A DNA stretch of 64,000 nt. Source: Malacoraja senta (Eukaryota). Shown here in pieces: positions 12,063 through 24,874 of this stretch (position 1 is its first letter; every line of letters begins with the position of its first letter). The notes beneath the pieces were generated by a model. It was not told the origin of the DNA, ran no database searches, and saw only the letters and a program-made list of their open reading frames with translations. The translations under genes and the position numbers were made by a program. The DNA lies in assembly GCA_038087875.1 (NCBI GenBank), contig CM075987.1, positions 17,300,001 to 17,364,000 on the forward strand. Direction: 5' to 3'.

Positions 12063-13751
12063 TCAAGTCAAGTCAAGTGAGTTTATTGTCATGTGTCCCT
12101 GGTAGGACAATGAAATTCTTGCTTTGCTTGAGCACAACAGAACATAGTAGGCATTTACTACAAGGCATTCTATAAATATATACACAATGGTCAATATACT
12201 GATAAAGTGCAAATAACAGTATTGGCTAATAAAGTTCAGTGTTATGTCCGAGCCAGGTTTAATAGCCTGATGGCTGTGGGGAAGTAGCTATTCCTGAACC
12301 TGGTCGTTGCAGTCTTCAGGCTCCTGTACCTTCTACCTGAAAGTAGTAGGGAGATGAGTGTGTGGCCAGGATGGTGTGGGTCCTTGATGATGCTGCCAGC
12401 CTTTTTGAGGCAGCGACTGTGGTAGATCCCCTCGATGGAAGGGAGGTCAGAGCCGATGATGGACTGGGCAGTGTTTACTACTTTTTGTAGTCTTTTCCTC
12501 TCCAGGGCACTCAAGTTGCCGAACCAAGCCACGATGCAACCGGTCAGCATGCTCTCTACTGTGCACCTGTAGAAGTTAGAGAGAGTCCTCCTTGACAAAC
12601 CGACTCTCCGTAATCTTCTCAGGAAGTAGAGGCGCTGATGTGCTTTCTTAATAATGGCATCATTGTTCTCGGACCAGGAAAGATCTTCAGAGATGTGCAC
12701 GCCCAGGAATTTGAAGCTCTTGACCCTTTCAACCATCGACCCGTTGATATAAACGGGACTGTGGGTCCCCATCCTACTCCTTCCAAAGTCCACAATCAGT
12801 TCCTTGGTTTTGCTGGTGTTGAGGGCCAGGTTGTTGTGCTTGGACCATATGGACAGTTGCTCGATCTCTCTTCTATACTCTGACATCCCCATCAGTGATA
12901 CGTCCCACAACAGTGGTGTCATCAGCGAACTTGATGATGGAGTTCGCACTATGTCTGGCTACGCAATCATGAGTATAGAGTGAGTACAACAGGGGACTGA
13001 GCACGCAGCCTTGAGGTGCTCCCGTGCTAATTGTTATCGAGTCTGACACATTTCCACCAATACGAACAGACTGTGGTCTGAGTGTGAGGAAGTCGAGGAT
13101 CCAATTGCAGAGGGATGCGCAGAGATCCAGTTCTGCGAGTTTGGTAACCAGCTTGGAGGGGATGATTGTGTTAAATGCCGAGCTGTAATCGATGAATAAC
13201 AGCCTGACATATGAGTTTTTGTTGTCCAAGTGGTCCAGAGCGGAGTGGAGGGCCAGCGAGATCGCATCCACCGTTGATCTGTTGTGGCGGTAAGCGAACT
13301 GCAGTGGGTCCAGGGTTTTGTCGAGGTAGGAGTTGATCTGCGTCATGATCAACCTCTCAAAGCACTTCATCACCACAGGCGTTAGTGCCACAGGTCGATA
13401 GTCATTGAGGCACGTCACCTTACTCTTCTTGGGCACTGGTATAATTGATGCCCTTTTGAAGCAGGTGGGGACCTCAGACCTCAGAAGTGAGAGGTTGAAA
13501 ATGTCCGTAAAAACTCCAGCCAGTTGGTCCGCACAGGTTTTTAGAACGCGACCAGGTATACCATCAGGTCCAGGCGCTTTTCGAGGGTTCACCCCTCTGA
13601 AGGATTTCCTGACGTCGGCCTCTGTGACTGAGACTGAAATACCATCACAGCGAATGGGGGCTCGGGAAGGCACATCGGTGTTCTCACTATCAAAGTGTGC
13701 GTAAAACGCATTGAGCTCATCAGGGAGTGATGTTTCGCCGACATTCGACAC
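12063..13751 (-). mobile_element. Rex1/Babar-type LINE, 5'-truncated, RT with one frameshift
   Basis: ORFs 12873-13751 and 12242-12949 (KAPGPDG, GAPQGC, KFADDTT). Tail ATGACAATAAA..(CTTGA)n. Confidence 0.88.
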
Positions 13752-14129
13752 TCAAGAGACAAACAATGTGGAGAACTGTGGAACTGGTAAAACCAGAAAG
13801 AAGGGAGGGGGGAGGGGGGGTAAAGGGGGAAGTGTATGTAGAAGTTACTTCTCCTTCTAGGCAGGAGTAACTCTGACTCCCTTAAGTTTAAAGGGGACTA
13901 TCTTAAGCTCATTGTTGCGATTAAACATTACAACAAATAAGCTCTGAACTGCAACAGACTATTATTATTATTATTATACTATATTGGTGATTTGGGGAAA
14001 CTGTATTGTATGTATGTATAGCCTCCGAGAATGTCGGATGGAGTTTTGTAAGGTTCATGTATTGTATATATTTATTTCTCGATTAAAGTCTATTTTGAAA
14101 TTAAAAATTAAAATATTGCACTATACTTG

Positions 14130-14224
14130 TGTACGATGTTTACATATTCTGTTGTGCTGCAGCAAGTAAGAATATAATTGTCCTATCTGGGACATATGAC
14201 AATAAAACACACTTGACTTGACTC
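14130..14224 (+). mobile_element. Rex1-type 3' tail fragment
   Basis: GGGACATATGACAATAAAACACACTTGACTTGAC matches the tail at 12063-12130. Confidence 0.6.
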
Positions 14225-14249
14225 ATTTTGAGTTATAAATTAGAGAATT

Positions 14250-14705
14250 CAATGTTCGCTGTCCCTCCCCCCCAGATGCAACAAGGACATAGTTCCTCTT
14301 GTCCTCACCTTTCACTCCCCCCCCCCCCCCTCCGTCTCCTCATCCAATACATTAGCCACCAACATTTCCGTTATCTCCTAAGGTTTCCCACCACTAATCA
14401 CATCTTTCCATCTCCACCCTTTCTGCCTCCCGCAGTTACTTTCAGTCTGAAGAAGGGTCTCGATCCGAAACGTCGCCTATTCCTTCTCTCCAGAGATGCT
14501 GCCTGACCAGCAAAGTTACTCCATCATTTTGTATAAGAAGGAACTGCAGATGCTGGAAAATCGAAGGTAGACAAAAATGCTGGAGAAACTCAGCGGGTGA
14601 GGCAGCATCGATGGAACGAAGGGTCTCGCCCCGAAACGTTGCCTATTCCTTCCCTCCAGAGATGCTGCCTGACCAGCTGAGTTGTTACTCCAGCATTTGT
14701 ATCTA
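14250..14705. mobile_element. Penelope-like element relics: ORF fragment plus terminal-repeat pieces in both orientations
   Basis: NKDIVPLVLTFH (from ~14280) and QHFRYL..PTTNHIFPSPP resemble the PLE RT-to-GIY-YIG linker. CTGAAGAAGGGTCTCGATCCGAAACGTC at 14447-14474. Inverted piece at ~14535-14610. Confidence 0.7.
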
Positions 14706-14742
14706 ACTTCAGTGAATGAAACGTCGGCGGTGGAGCAGACTG

Positions 14743-14970
14743 CCACCCAGAGGCGATGCTCAGTAACTGCAAGTCGGCAGCAATTCGGCAAAGGCTGCTT
14801 CCTTTTAAGGAAGAAATGCAAATGAAGCGACAGCAGGGAAAAGCGGGCAAATATGAAAGGATCAGAGGCAAAACGAGAAATGAAAGGCGAAAATATGTCC
14901 TTTTATCTGTTTTCGGCGATCAAGTGCAATATAAGATGTTAACATTTTGGCTCGTACTGACTTGAAAGAG
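14743..14970 (+). promoter_or_regulatory. snRNA promoter: DSE (octamer plus possible SPH/ZNF143 site) and PSE
   Basis: ATGCAAAT at 14816-14823 (about -197). SPH-like CCACCCAGAGGCGATGC at ~14743-14759 (weak). PSE-like TCGTACTGACTTGAAAGAG at 14952-14970 (-61 to -43). Confidence 0.7.
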
Positions 14971-15012
14971 TACTGGTAGAGGTTGGCTGGGAGAGAGCGA
15001 CAATATTCTAGC

Positions 15013-15176
15013 ATACTTACCTGGCAGGGGAGAAACCTTGATCACTAAGGAGGTTCTCCCAGGACGAGGCTATCCCATTGCACTTCGGGTGTGCTGACGC
15101 CTGCGATGTCCCCAAATGCGGGATACTCGACTGCAAAATTTGTGGTAGTGGGGGACTGCGTTCGCGCTCTCCCCTG
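15013..15176 (+). ncRNA. RNU1: U1 spliceosomal snRNA, full length (164 nt)
   Basis: 5' ATACTTACCTGG; loop I GATCACTAAG; U1A loop ATTGCAC; Sm site AATTTGTGG; terminal stem GGGGGACTGCGTTCGCGCTCTCCCCTG. Partial 3' box AACAATAGA at ~15187-15195. Confidence 0.97.
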
Positions 15177-15790
15177 ATTAAAAATGAACAATAGAATTAA
15201 TGTGTATGTGGTAGTTGTTGCTGCCTTACAGCCTGATATACTGGAGTTGAACGGAACGGAACTTCCCCCCTTTAGGAATATGATTCCGTTATGCCTCTCG
15301 CAGTTTAATCCACCTCAGTCCATTGGATTTTGCAGGAGTTTATCTTGGTCTATTTTAGCCTTCTATGATAGACCATTATGATCTTTGTTTATAATAAATA
15401 AGGTGCTTTTAAAAAATAAAATAAAAAGGGAAACTGCGTATGAAATGATCGACAATGCGCAATGAAAGGTCTCTGGACCATATGCATTCTATGATCTTTG
15501 GATTAATCAGTGTTGTGGGGGAACGGAATGTGTGTGTTTCTGTGTGTGAGTGGCAAGATAGAGATAATAGATTTCAAAGTTCTTCATGGATCAGAAGCAA
15601 CTTTGATTTAAAGCAACTCATGATGTACATGAGCCGTTCTCATGATGTACATGTCATAAAGGCAATTATATTTGCCTTTATTTTTATATTATAAACCCGT
15701 ATATATATTATATATATATGATACACACACGTATATAAATGTGATATTGATGAATATAATTATATAACACACATACAGATTTCTCTAGTT

Positions 15791-18700
15791 TCTTATATAT
15801 ATAGTTTCTCAGCCCCTTTGATACCTACGCCCACACCGCACGCGAAAACGCCGATATTTTTTTCCATTTCGGAAGAGAATTCATTTTTCTTTACGAATAA
15901 CCACTCCTGATTAAATTTCGTCGTGTTTATGTACACTTTTTTATAATAAAATACTTCCTCCCCCCCCAAAAATTTCAAAATTTTAAACAACAGCTCTCAG
16001 CCATAGAATGTTAGTGAAGGTTCCGTTGTGTGATGTCACAATGCCCAATGCTCACAGATGTCCAATCGGAATGGATTCATTTACATATGCCTTTGCAGCA
16101 GCCACAGCACCAGCCCCTCCCCCCCACCCCTGCAGCCTGTGTCGAAGCGCGTCGTCACGTGTGTGGTAATAGAGAAAGATGATTGGGGGTGATAGGGAAT
16201 GGGGAACAGATGGACTGTCCCTACCCCTCCCCCTTCCACTCTCCATCCCCACTATTTCCCATCTCTCCCCCCACCTCTCCCCTCCCACCCCTAACCCATC
16301 TCCTTCCTCCCCTCCCTCCCCTCCCCCACACCTCTCTCTCCCTCCCACATCCCTCTCTTCCCCTCCCCATCCCCCTCTCCTCCTCCACTCCATCTCCCTC
16401 TCCTCACGCTCTCCCTCTCCTCCTCCCACCCCCATCCCTCTCTCCCCAACCCCCCTTCCCTCTCCCCCCTTCCCTCCCCCACCCCCTTCCCTCTCCCCAA
16501 CCCCCCTTCCCTCCCCCCACCCCCTTCCCTCCCCCACACCCTTCCCTCTCTTCTACCCCCCCTTCCTCCTCCCCACACTCCCCCCTCCATCCCCACTCTT
16601 CCCCCTCTACCTCCTACCCCATCTCACTCCTCGCCTCTCTCCCCCTCCCCCACACCTCTCTCTCCCTCCCCTCTCTTCCCCACCCCTTCCCCTACCCCCT
16701 CTGTCCCTCTTCCACAACTCCCCCTGTCCCTCTTCCACCACTCCCTCTACCCTTCTCCCCTCCCTCCCTCCCCACTCTTCCACTTCTCTCCCCCCTCCCC
16801 CTCCCACTCTCCCTCCCCACTCTTTCCACTCTCTCCACCCACCCCTCTCCCCTCCCTCCACACTCTTCTCCTTCCCTCCACTACCCCATCTCCCTCCTCC
16901 CCTCCCTCCCCCATCCCTTCCCCCTCCCGCACACCTCTCTCCCCCTCCCCATCCCTCTCTCCTCCTGTCCCCAACCCCTCTCTCCTCCCCCTCTCCATCT
17001 CCCTCTCATCACCCCTCTCCATCTCTTCCCCTCCTCCTCCCACCCCCATCCCTCTCTCCCCCACCCCCCTTCTCCCTCTACATTCTTCCCCCTCCTTCCA
17101 CACTCTTCCCCCTCCCTCCCCAACCCCATCTCCCTCCACCCTCCCTCCCCACTCTTCCACTTCTCTCCCCCTTACCCCACCCCTCTCTCTCTCCCCCTCC
17201 CTTCCCCTTCCCTCCCCTCTCCCCCCCACCCCTTGGATGGGGGAGGGAGGAGATTAAGGGGATGGGGTAGGGGAGGGGGAAGTGTGTGGAGGGAGAAAGA
17301 GGAGAGACCCAAGAAAAAATAACTGAATATGTCGAGGATGAACGAGAAAGAACACAAAACATGGAGCAAGAGACACATCAAAAATGAACATAACTGAATA
17401 CATTTTATCTTTACCATTTAAATGGTTGTATTTTAAGTTATTTACATTTTAAGATTTAATAAATCACTTTTCCACTTGCAGCGCCTGTCATAAATACATA
17501 GATACATAGAAAATAGGTGCAGGAGTAGGCCATTCGGCCCTTCGAGCCTGCACCGCCATTCAATATGATCATGGCTGATCATCCAACTCAGTATCCCGTA
17601 CCTGCCTTCTCTCCATACCCCCTGATCCCTTTAGCCACAAGGGCCACATCTAACTCCCTCTTAAATATAGCCAATGAACTGGCCTCAACTACCCTCTGTG
17701 GCAGAGAGTTCCAGAGATTCACCACTCTCTGTGTGAAAAAAGTTTTTTCCTCATCTCGGTCTTAAAGGATTTCCCCCTTATCCTTAAGCTGTGACCCCCT
17801 TGTCCTGGACTTCCCCAACATCGGGAACAATCTTCCTGCATCTAGCCTGTCCAATCCCATAAGAATTTTGTACGTTTCTATAAGATCCCCTCTCAATCTC
17901 CTAAATTCTAGCGAGTATAAGCAAGTCTATCCAGTCTTTCTTCAGATGAAAGTCCCTGACATCCCCAGGAATCAGTCTGGTGAACCTTCTCTGCACTCCC
18001 TCTATGGCTATAATGTCCTTCCTCAGGTTTGGAGACCAAAACTGTACGCAATACTCCAGGTGTGGTCTCACCAAGACCCTGTACAACTGCAGTAGAACCT
18101 CCCTGCTCCTATACTCAAATCCTTTTGCTATGAAAGCTAACATACCATTCGCTTTCTTCACTGCCTGCTGCACCTGCATGCCTACTTTTCAATGACTGGT
18201 GTACCATGACACCCAGGTCTCGCTGCATCTCCCCATTTCCTAATCGGCCACCATTTAGATAATAGTCCTGCTTTCCTGTTTTTGCCACCAAAGTGGATAA
18301 CCTCACATTTATCCACATTATACTGCATCTGTCAAACATTTGCCCACTCACCCAGCCTATCCAAGTCACCTTGCAGTCTCCTAGCATCCTCCTCACAGCT
18401 AACACTGCCCCCCAGCTTAGTGTCATCCGCAAACTTGGAGATGTTGCCTTCAATTCCCTCATCCAGCTCATTAATATAAATTGTAAATAGCTGGGGTCCC
18501 AGCACTGAGCCTTGCGGTACCCCACTAGTCACTGCCTGCCATTGTGAAAAGGACCCGTTTACTCCTACTCTTTGCTTCCTGTTTGCCAGCCAGTTCTCTA
18601 TCCACATCAATACTGAACCCCCAATACCGTGTGCTTTAAGTTTGTATACTAATCTCTTATGTGGTTACCTTGTCGAAAGCCTTCTGAAAGTCCAGATACA

Positions 18701-20339
18701 ACACATCCACTGGTTCTCCCCTATCCACTCTACTAGTTACATCCTCGAAAAAATTCTGTAAGATTCGTCAGACATGATTTACCTTTCATAAATCCATGCT
18801 GACTTTGTCCAATGATTTCACCACTTTCCAAATGTGCTGCTATCCCATCTTTAATAAGTGACTCTAGCAGTTTCCCCACTACCGATGTTAGACTAACTGG
18901 TCTGTAATTCCCCGTTTTCTCTCTCCCTCCCTTCTTAAAAAGTGGGGTTACGTTTGCTACCCTCCAATCCTCAGGAACTACTCCAGAATCTAAAGAGTTT
19001 TGAAAAATTATCACTAATGCATCCACTATTTCTGGAGCAACTTCCTTAAGTACTCTGGGATGCAGCCTATCTGGCCCTGGTGATTTATCGGCCTTTAATC
19101 CATTAAATTTACCCAACACCACTTCCCGACTAACCTGGATTTCACTCAGTTCCTCCATCTCCTTTGACCCGCGGCCCCCTGCCATTTCCGGCAGATTTAT
19201 TTATGTCTTCCTTAGTGAAGACGGAACCAAAGTAGTTATTCAATTGGTCCGCCATATCCTTGTTCCCCATGATCAATTCACCTGTTTCTGACTGCAAGGG
19301 GACCTACATTTGTTTTAACTAATCTCTTTCTCTGCACATATCTATAAAAACTTTTGGTGTCAGTTTTTATGTTCCCTGCCAGTTTCCTTTCATAAACTAT
19401 TTTGCCTTTCCTAATTAAGCCCTTTGTCCTCCTCTGCTGGTCTCTGAATTTCTCCCAGTCCTCTGGTATGCTGCTTTTTCTGGCTAATTTGTACGCATCA
19501 TCTTTTGCTTTGATACTATCCCTGATTTCTCTTGTTATCCACGGATGCACTACCTTCCCTGACTTATTCTTTTGCCAAACTGGGATGAACAATTTTTGTA
19601 GTTCATCCATGCAGTCTTTAAATGCCTTCCATTGCATATCCACCGTCAACCCTTTTAGAACTAATTGCCAGTCAATCTTGGCCAATTCACGTCTCATACC
19701 CTCAAAGTTACCTTTTCTTTAAGTTCAGAACCGTTGTTTCTGAATTAACAATGTCACTCTCCATCCTAATGAAGAACTCAACCATATTATGGTCACTCTT
19801 GCCCAAGGGGGGCACGCACAACAAGACTGCTAACTAACCCTTCCTCATTACTCAATACCGAGTCTAGAATAGCCTGCTCTCTCGTTGGTTCCTCTACATG
19901 TTGGTTTAGGTAACTATCCCGCATACATTCCAAGAAATCCTCTTCCTCAGCACCCCTGCCAATTTGATTCACCCAATCTATATGTAGATTGAAGTCACCC
20001 ATTATAACTGTTTTGCCTTTGTTGCACGCATTTCTAATTTCCTTTGATGCTATCTCTCTGCTCTCTCACTCTTTTATCTTTATCTTTTTCTCTGCACTCT
20101 CTCTCTCTTCCACTCTGTCTGTGCAAACCTCTCTCTGCCCCCCCCCCCCGCTCTAGACGCACCTGAGAGGTGAGGGCTATTCGTCAGTGGATAGGGTGGA
20201 GATGGGATAAAAGAAGCCAATTAATAAAATTAAGATAATATCAAGGGGTGTGATGAGTGTGTGTGTTTGTGGGTGCAATATTCCAACCCCGCAAACGTGC
20301 TTTGGGGAGACAGACCCAACGGGTCTGCACTTGGTCTAG
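15791..20339 (+). mobile_element. Non-autonomous Helitron-like unit A with a ~1-kb CT-rich core, interrupted by CR1 at 17491-20048
   Basis: 3' hairpin CAGACCC-AAC-GGGTCTG (20311-20327) followed by CTAG|T (20336-20340). GCGCCTGTCA|GCTATCT rejoins as in unit B (~22296-22316). 5' boundary approximate. Confidence 0.7.
17491..20048 (-). mobile_element. CR1 LINE, 5'-truncated (APE C-terminus to RT to tail)
   Basis: [21 protein letters not shown] and KFADD motifs; (CTATGTAT)n tail. Confidence 0.92.
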
Positions 20340-20344
20340 TAATA

Positions 20345-23300
20345 ATATATTAAAACTCTGTGGCTGCCGTCCATCCGTCTGTCCGTCCGTCCGCCTGCTT
20401 GACTTGTGCCACCCAGCCCCTTTGATACCGCCCTGCGCCCACAACGCATGCAGAAACGCCGATATTTTTTTTCAATTTCGAAAGAGATTTCATTTTTCTT
20501 TACGAATAGCCACTCCTGATTAAATTTCGTCGTGTTTATGTTAAGGGCCGCCCCGGACTGCACCACGCCTGTGCCGAGGGGTTCGGCAGTATGATGGCAC
20601 GACCCTTAGGAGCCGCCACAATGTACCCTTTTTAAAATAAAATCATTCTCCCCCCCCCCCCCCCCAAAATTTCAAAATGTTAAAAAAAACAGCTTTCAGT
20701 CATAGAATGTTAGTGAAGGTTCCGTTGTGTGATGTCACAATGCCCAATGCTCACAGATGTCCAATCGGAATGGATCCGTTTACATATGCCTTTGCAGCAG
20801 CCCCAGCCCCAGCCCCTCCCCCCCACCCCCTGCAGCCTGTGTCGAAGCGCGTCATGACTTGTGTGGGGAATAGAGAAAGAGGATTGGGGGTGATAGGGAA
20901 TGGGGAACAGATGGACTGTCCCTACCCCTCCCCCTTCCACTCTCCCTCCCCACTATTTCCCATCTCTCCCCCTCCCTCCCCTAACCAATCTCCCTCCCCT
21001 CCTCCCCCACACCTCTCTCTCCCTCCCCCATCCCTCTCTCCCCCTCCCCATCCCTCTCTCCTCCTCTCCATCACCCTCCTCACGCTCCCCCTCTCATCCT
21101 CCCACCCCCATCCCTCTCTCCCCAACCCCCCTTCCCTCTCTCCCTTCCCCCCCACACCCTTCCCTCTCCCCAAACCCCCTTCCCTCACCCACCCCCTTCC
21201 CTCTCTCCCCCACCCCCCTCCCAACCCGCTTCCCTCCCCCCACCCCCTTCCCTCTCTCTCCACCACCACCTTCCCCCTCCCCCACTCTCCCCCCTCCATC
21301 CACACTCTTCCCCCTCTACCCCCTACCCCAGCTCCCTCCTCGCCTCCCTCCCCCTTCCCCCACACCTCTCTCTCCCCTCTCTTCCCCACCCCTTCCCCTA
21401 CCATTCTGTCCCTCTTCCACCACTCCCTCTACCCCTCTCTGCACTCTTCCACCTCTCCCCCTCTCCCCCTCTCCCTCCCCACTCTTTCGACTCTCTCCCC
21501 CCACCCCCTCCCTCCACACTCTTCTCCCTCACTTCCACTGCCCCATCTCACTCCTCCCCTCCCTCCCCATCACTCCCCCCTCCCCACACCTCTCTCCCCC
21601 CTCCCCCATCCCTCTCCTCCTGTCCCCAATCCCTCTCTCCTCCCCCTCTCCATCTCCCTCTCATCACCCCTCTCCCTCTCTTCCCCCCCTCCTCCCCTCC
21701 TCCTCCCACCCCATCCCTCTCTCCCCCCACCCCCCTTCTCCCTCTACACTCTTCCCCCTCCCTCCCACACTCTTCCCCCTTCCTCCCAACCCCATCTCCC
21801 TAACCCATGCCCTCCCCCATCCCTCCCCCTTCCCCCACACCTCTCTCCCCCTCCCCCATCACTCTCCCCTCCCGTCCCCCTTCCCCTACCGCTCTGTCCT
21901 TCATCCAACACTCCCCTTACACCTCCCTCCCCACTCTTCAACTTCTCTCCCCCTTACCCCACCCCTCTCTCTCTCCCCCTCCCATCCCCTTCCCTCCCCT
22001 CTCTCCCCCCACCCCTTGGATGGGGGAGGGGGGAGGGGGGAGATTAGGGAGATGGGGTAGGGGAGGGAGTAGGAAGAGTGTGGAGGGAGGGGGAAGAGTG
22101 TGGAGGGAGAAAGAGGAGAGACCCAAGAAGAAATAACTGAATATGTCGAGGATCAATGAGAAAGAATAAAAAACATGGAGCAAGAGACACAACAAAAAAT
22201 GAACACAACTGAATACATTTTATCTTTACCATTTAAATTGTTGTATTTTAAGTTATTTACATTTTAAGATTTAATAAATCACTTTTTCACTTGCAGCGCC
22301 TGTCAGCCGCTATCTGCTCTCTCACTCTTTGATCTTTATCTTTTTCTCTGCACTCTCTCTCCCTCTTCCACTCTGTCTGTGCACACTCTCTCTGCCCCCC
22401 CCCCCTCTAGACGCACCTGAGAGGTGAGGGCTATTCGTTAGTGGATAGGGTGGAGATGGGATAAAAGAAGCCAATTAATAAAATTAAGATAATAGCCTTT
22501 AAGGTGTGGCTTTACGAATAGCCACTCCTTATTAAATTTCGTCGTGTTTATGTACACTTTTCAAAATAAAATACTTCTACCCCCCATCATTTCAAAATGT
22601 TTAAAAAAACAGCTCTCAGCCACAGAATGTTAGTGAAGGTTCCGTCTTGTGATGTCACAATGCCCCAATGCTCACACATGTCCAATCGGAATGGATCTAT
22701 TTACATATGCCTTTACAGCAGCCCCCAGCCCCTCCCCCCCACCCCCCGCAGCCTGTGTCGAAGGGCGTCGTCACGTGTGTGGGAATAGAGAAAGAGGATT
22801 GGGGGGTGATAGGGAATGGGGGAACAGATGGACTGTCCCTACCCCTCCTACTTCCACTCTCCCTCCCCACTCTTCCCCCTCTCTCCTCTCCCCCTCCCTC
22901 CCTCCCCCTCCACCACCCCTCTTCACCCCCATTTCCCTCCCACCCCTTCCCCTCTCTCTTGCACCACTCCCCGCTACCCCTCTGCCTCTCCCTCCCCCCT
23001 CCCTCTCTCCCTCTCTTCCCCCTACTCCTCTCCCCTTCCCCTCATCCCCTCTCTCCACCTCTAACATCCCCTCCCCCCCTCCTCCCCCCTTCCTGCCCTC
23101 CCCGCTCTCCTACCACTCCCCACTCTCCTCCTCCTCCCTCTCCCCCACCCTGCTCTCTTCTCCCTCACCAATCTCTCCCGTTTCCTCCTCCCCCTCTCCC
23201 CACCCTCCCCCTCTCCTCTTCTCTCCCCACCCCGTCTCCCTCTCCCCCTCTTCTCTTCCCACCCCGTCTTCCTCTCCCCCCTCCCCCCCGCCTGTGTTTG

Positions 23301-23607
23301 GGGGGTGGTTAGTGTGTGTGATGCCGCAGACCACCCCCCTCCCGCAATCGCGCGTTGGGGAAACAGCCCGCCAACAGTCCTCTCTGTCTTTAAGAAGGAA
23401 CTGCAGATGCTGGAAAATCAAAGGTACACAAAAAAATAACTGGAGAATCTCATCGGGTGCAGCAGCATCTATGGATAGAAGGAAATAGGCAACGTTTCGT
23501 GTCAAAACCCATATGAAGATGGGTTTCGGCCCAAAGCGTTGCCTATTTCCTTCGCTCCATAGATGCTGCTGCACCCGCTGTGTTTCTCCACCTTTTTTGT
23601 GTACCCG

Positions 23608-23673
<66 letters not shown>

Positions 23674-24118
23674 GCGCCCTTCTCTCTTCACAGCCCGGGC
23701 TCAACTCATGCACGCCAGCTCCAAGCCCCCCCCTTCAACTCTCTCCCCATCCTCTCCTTCCGCTCCCCCCTCTCCTTTCTCCCCTTCCTCTCCACCCTCC
23801 TACTCACAATTTTTTTTCTACATTAAATTTTCTCTCTCTGCCCCCCCCCCCACCCCTCTCGAGATGCACCTGAGAGGTGAGGGCTATTCGTCAGTGGATA
23901 GGGTGGAGATGGGGATAAAAGAAGCAAATTAAAATATTAAGATAATATCAAGGGGTGTGATGAGTGTGTTTGTTTGTGGGTGCCAGATTCCAACTCCGCA
24001 AACCGTGCTTTGGAGGAACAGACCCACGGGTGGGTGGTTAGTGTGACGCTGCAGCCCCCCCCCCCCCCCGCAAACGCACGTTCGGTGTCCAGACCCAACG
24101 GGTCTGAACTTGGTCTAG
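20345..24118 (+). mobile_element. Helitron-like units B (20345-~22493, 3'-truncated) and C (~22510-24118, 5'-truncated) in tandem
   Basis: Blocks TTTACGAATAGCCACTCC, AGAATGTTAGTGAAGGTTCCG and CACCTGAGAGGTGAGGGCTATTCG recur in order. Second hairpin plus CTAG at 24090-24118. Confidence 0.7.
23389..23605. mobile_element. Head-to-head inverted pair of Penelope terminal-repeat fragments
   Basis: 23389-23510 is the reverse complement of the 8224-8358 type sequence and 23514-23605 is the sense copy. A (CT)n tract follows. Confidence 0.75.
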
Positions 24119-24120
24119 GA

Positions 24121-24874
24121 ATATATTAAAAATCTGTGGCTGCCGTCCGTCCGTCCGCCTGCTTGACTTGTGCCACCCAGCCCCTTTGATACCTGCGCTA
24201 TGCCCACACCGCACGTGGAAACGCCGAGATTTTTTTACATTTCGGTAGAGATTTCATTTTTCGTTACGAATAGCCGCTCCTGATTAAATTTCGTTTGTGT
24301 TTATGTACACGTTTTTTAATAAAATCCCTCTCCCCCCCCCAACATGGGGAACAGATGGACTGTCCTACCGCTCCTACTTCCACTCTCCCTCCCCACTATT
24401 TCCCCTCTCTCCTCCCACCCCTCTCCCCCTCCGTCCACACTCTACCCCCTCCCTCCCCTAACCATCTCCCTCCTCCCCTCCCTCCCCCTCCCCACACCTC
24501 TACTCTCCATCCCCATCCCTCTCTCCCCCTCCCTCCCCCTCTCCCTCTCCTCACCATCTCCCTCTCCTCTCCCTCCTACCCCCATCCCCCCTCTACCCCA
24601 CCCCCTTCCCTCGCCCACCCCATCCCTCTCTCCCCCAGCCCCTTCCCCCTCCCCACTCTTCCCCCTCCATCCACACTCTTCCCCCTCTCTCCCCTACCCC
24701 ATCTCCCTCCTTCCCCCTCCCCCACCCCTCTTCACCCCCCATCTCCACCCCATCCTCTTCCCCTCTCTCTTGCACCACTCCCTGCTACCCCTCTCTCCCC
24801 ACTCTTCACCTCTCCCTCCCCACCTCTCTCTCTTCCTCCCCCTCCCTCTCTCTCCCCCTCTCTTCCACATACTC
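24121..24874 (+). mobile_element. Helitron-like unit D, truncated
   Basis: ATATATTAAAAATCTGTGGCTGCCGTCC directly after CTAG, the same junction as at 20336-20372. Confidence 0.65.
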
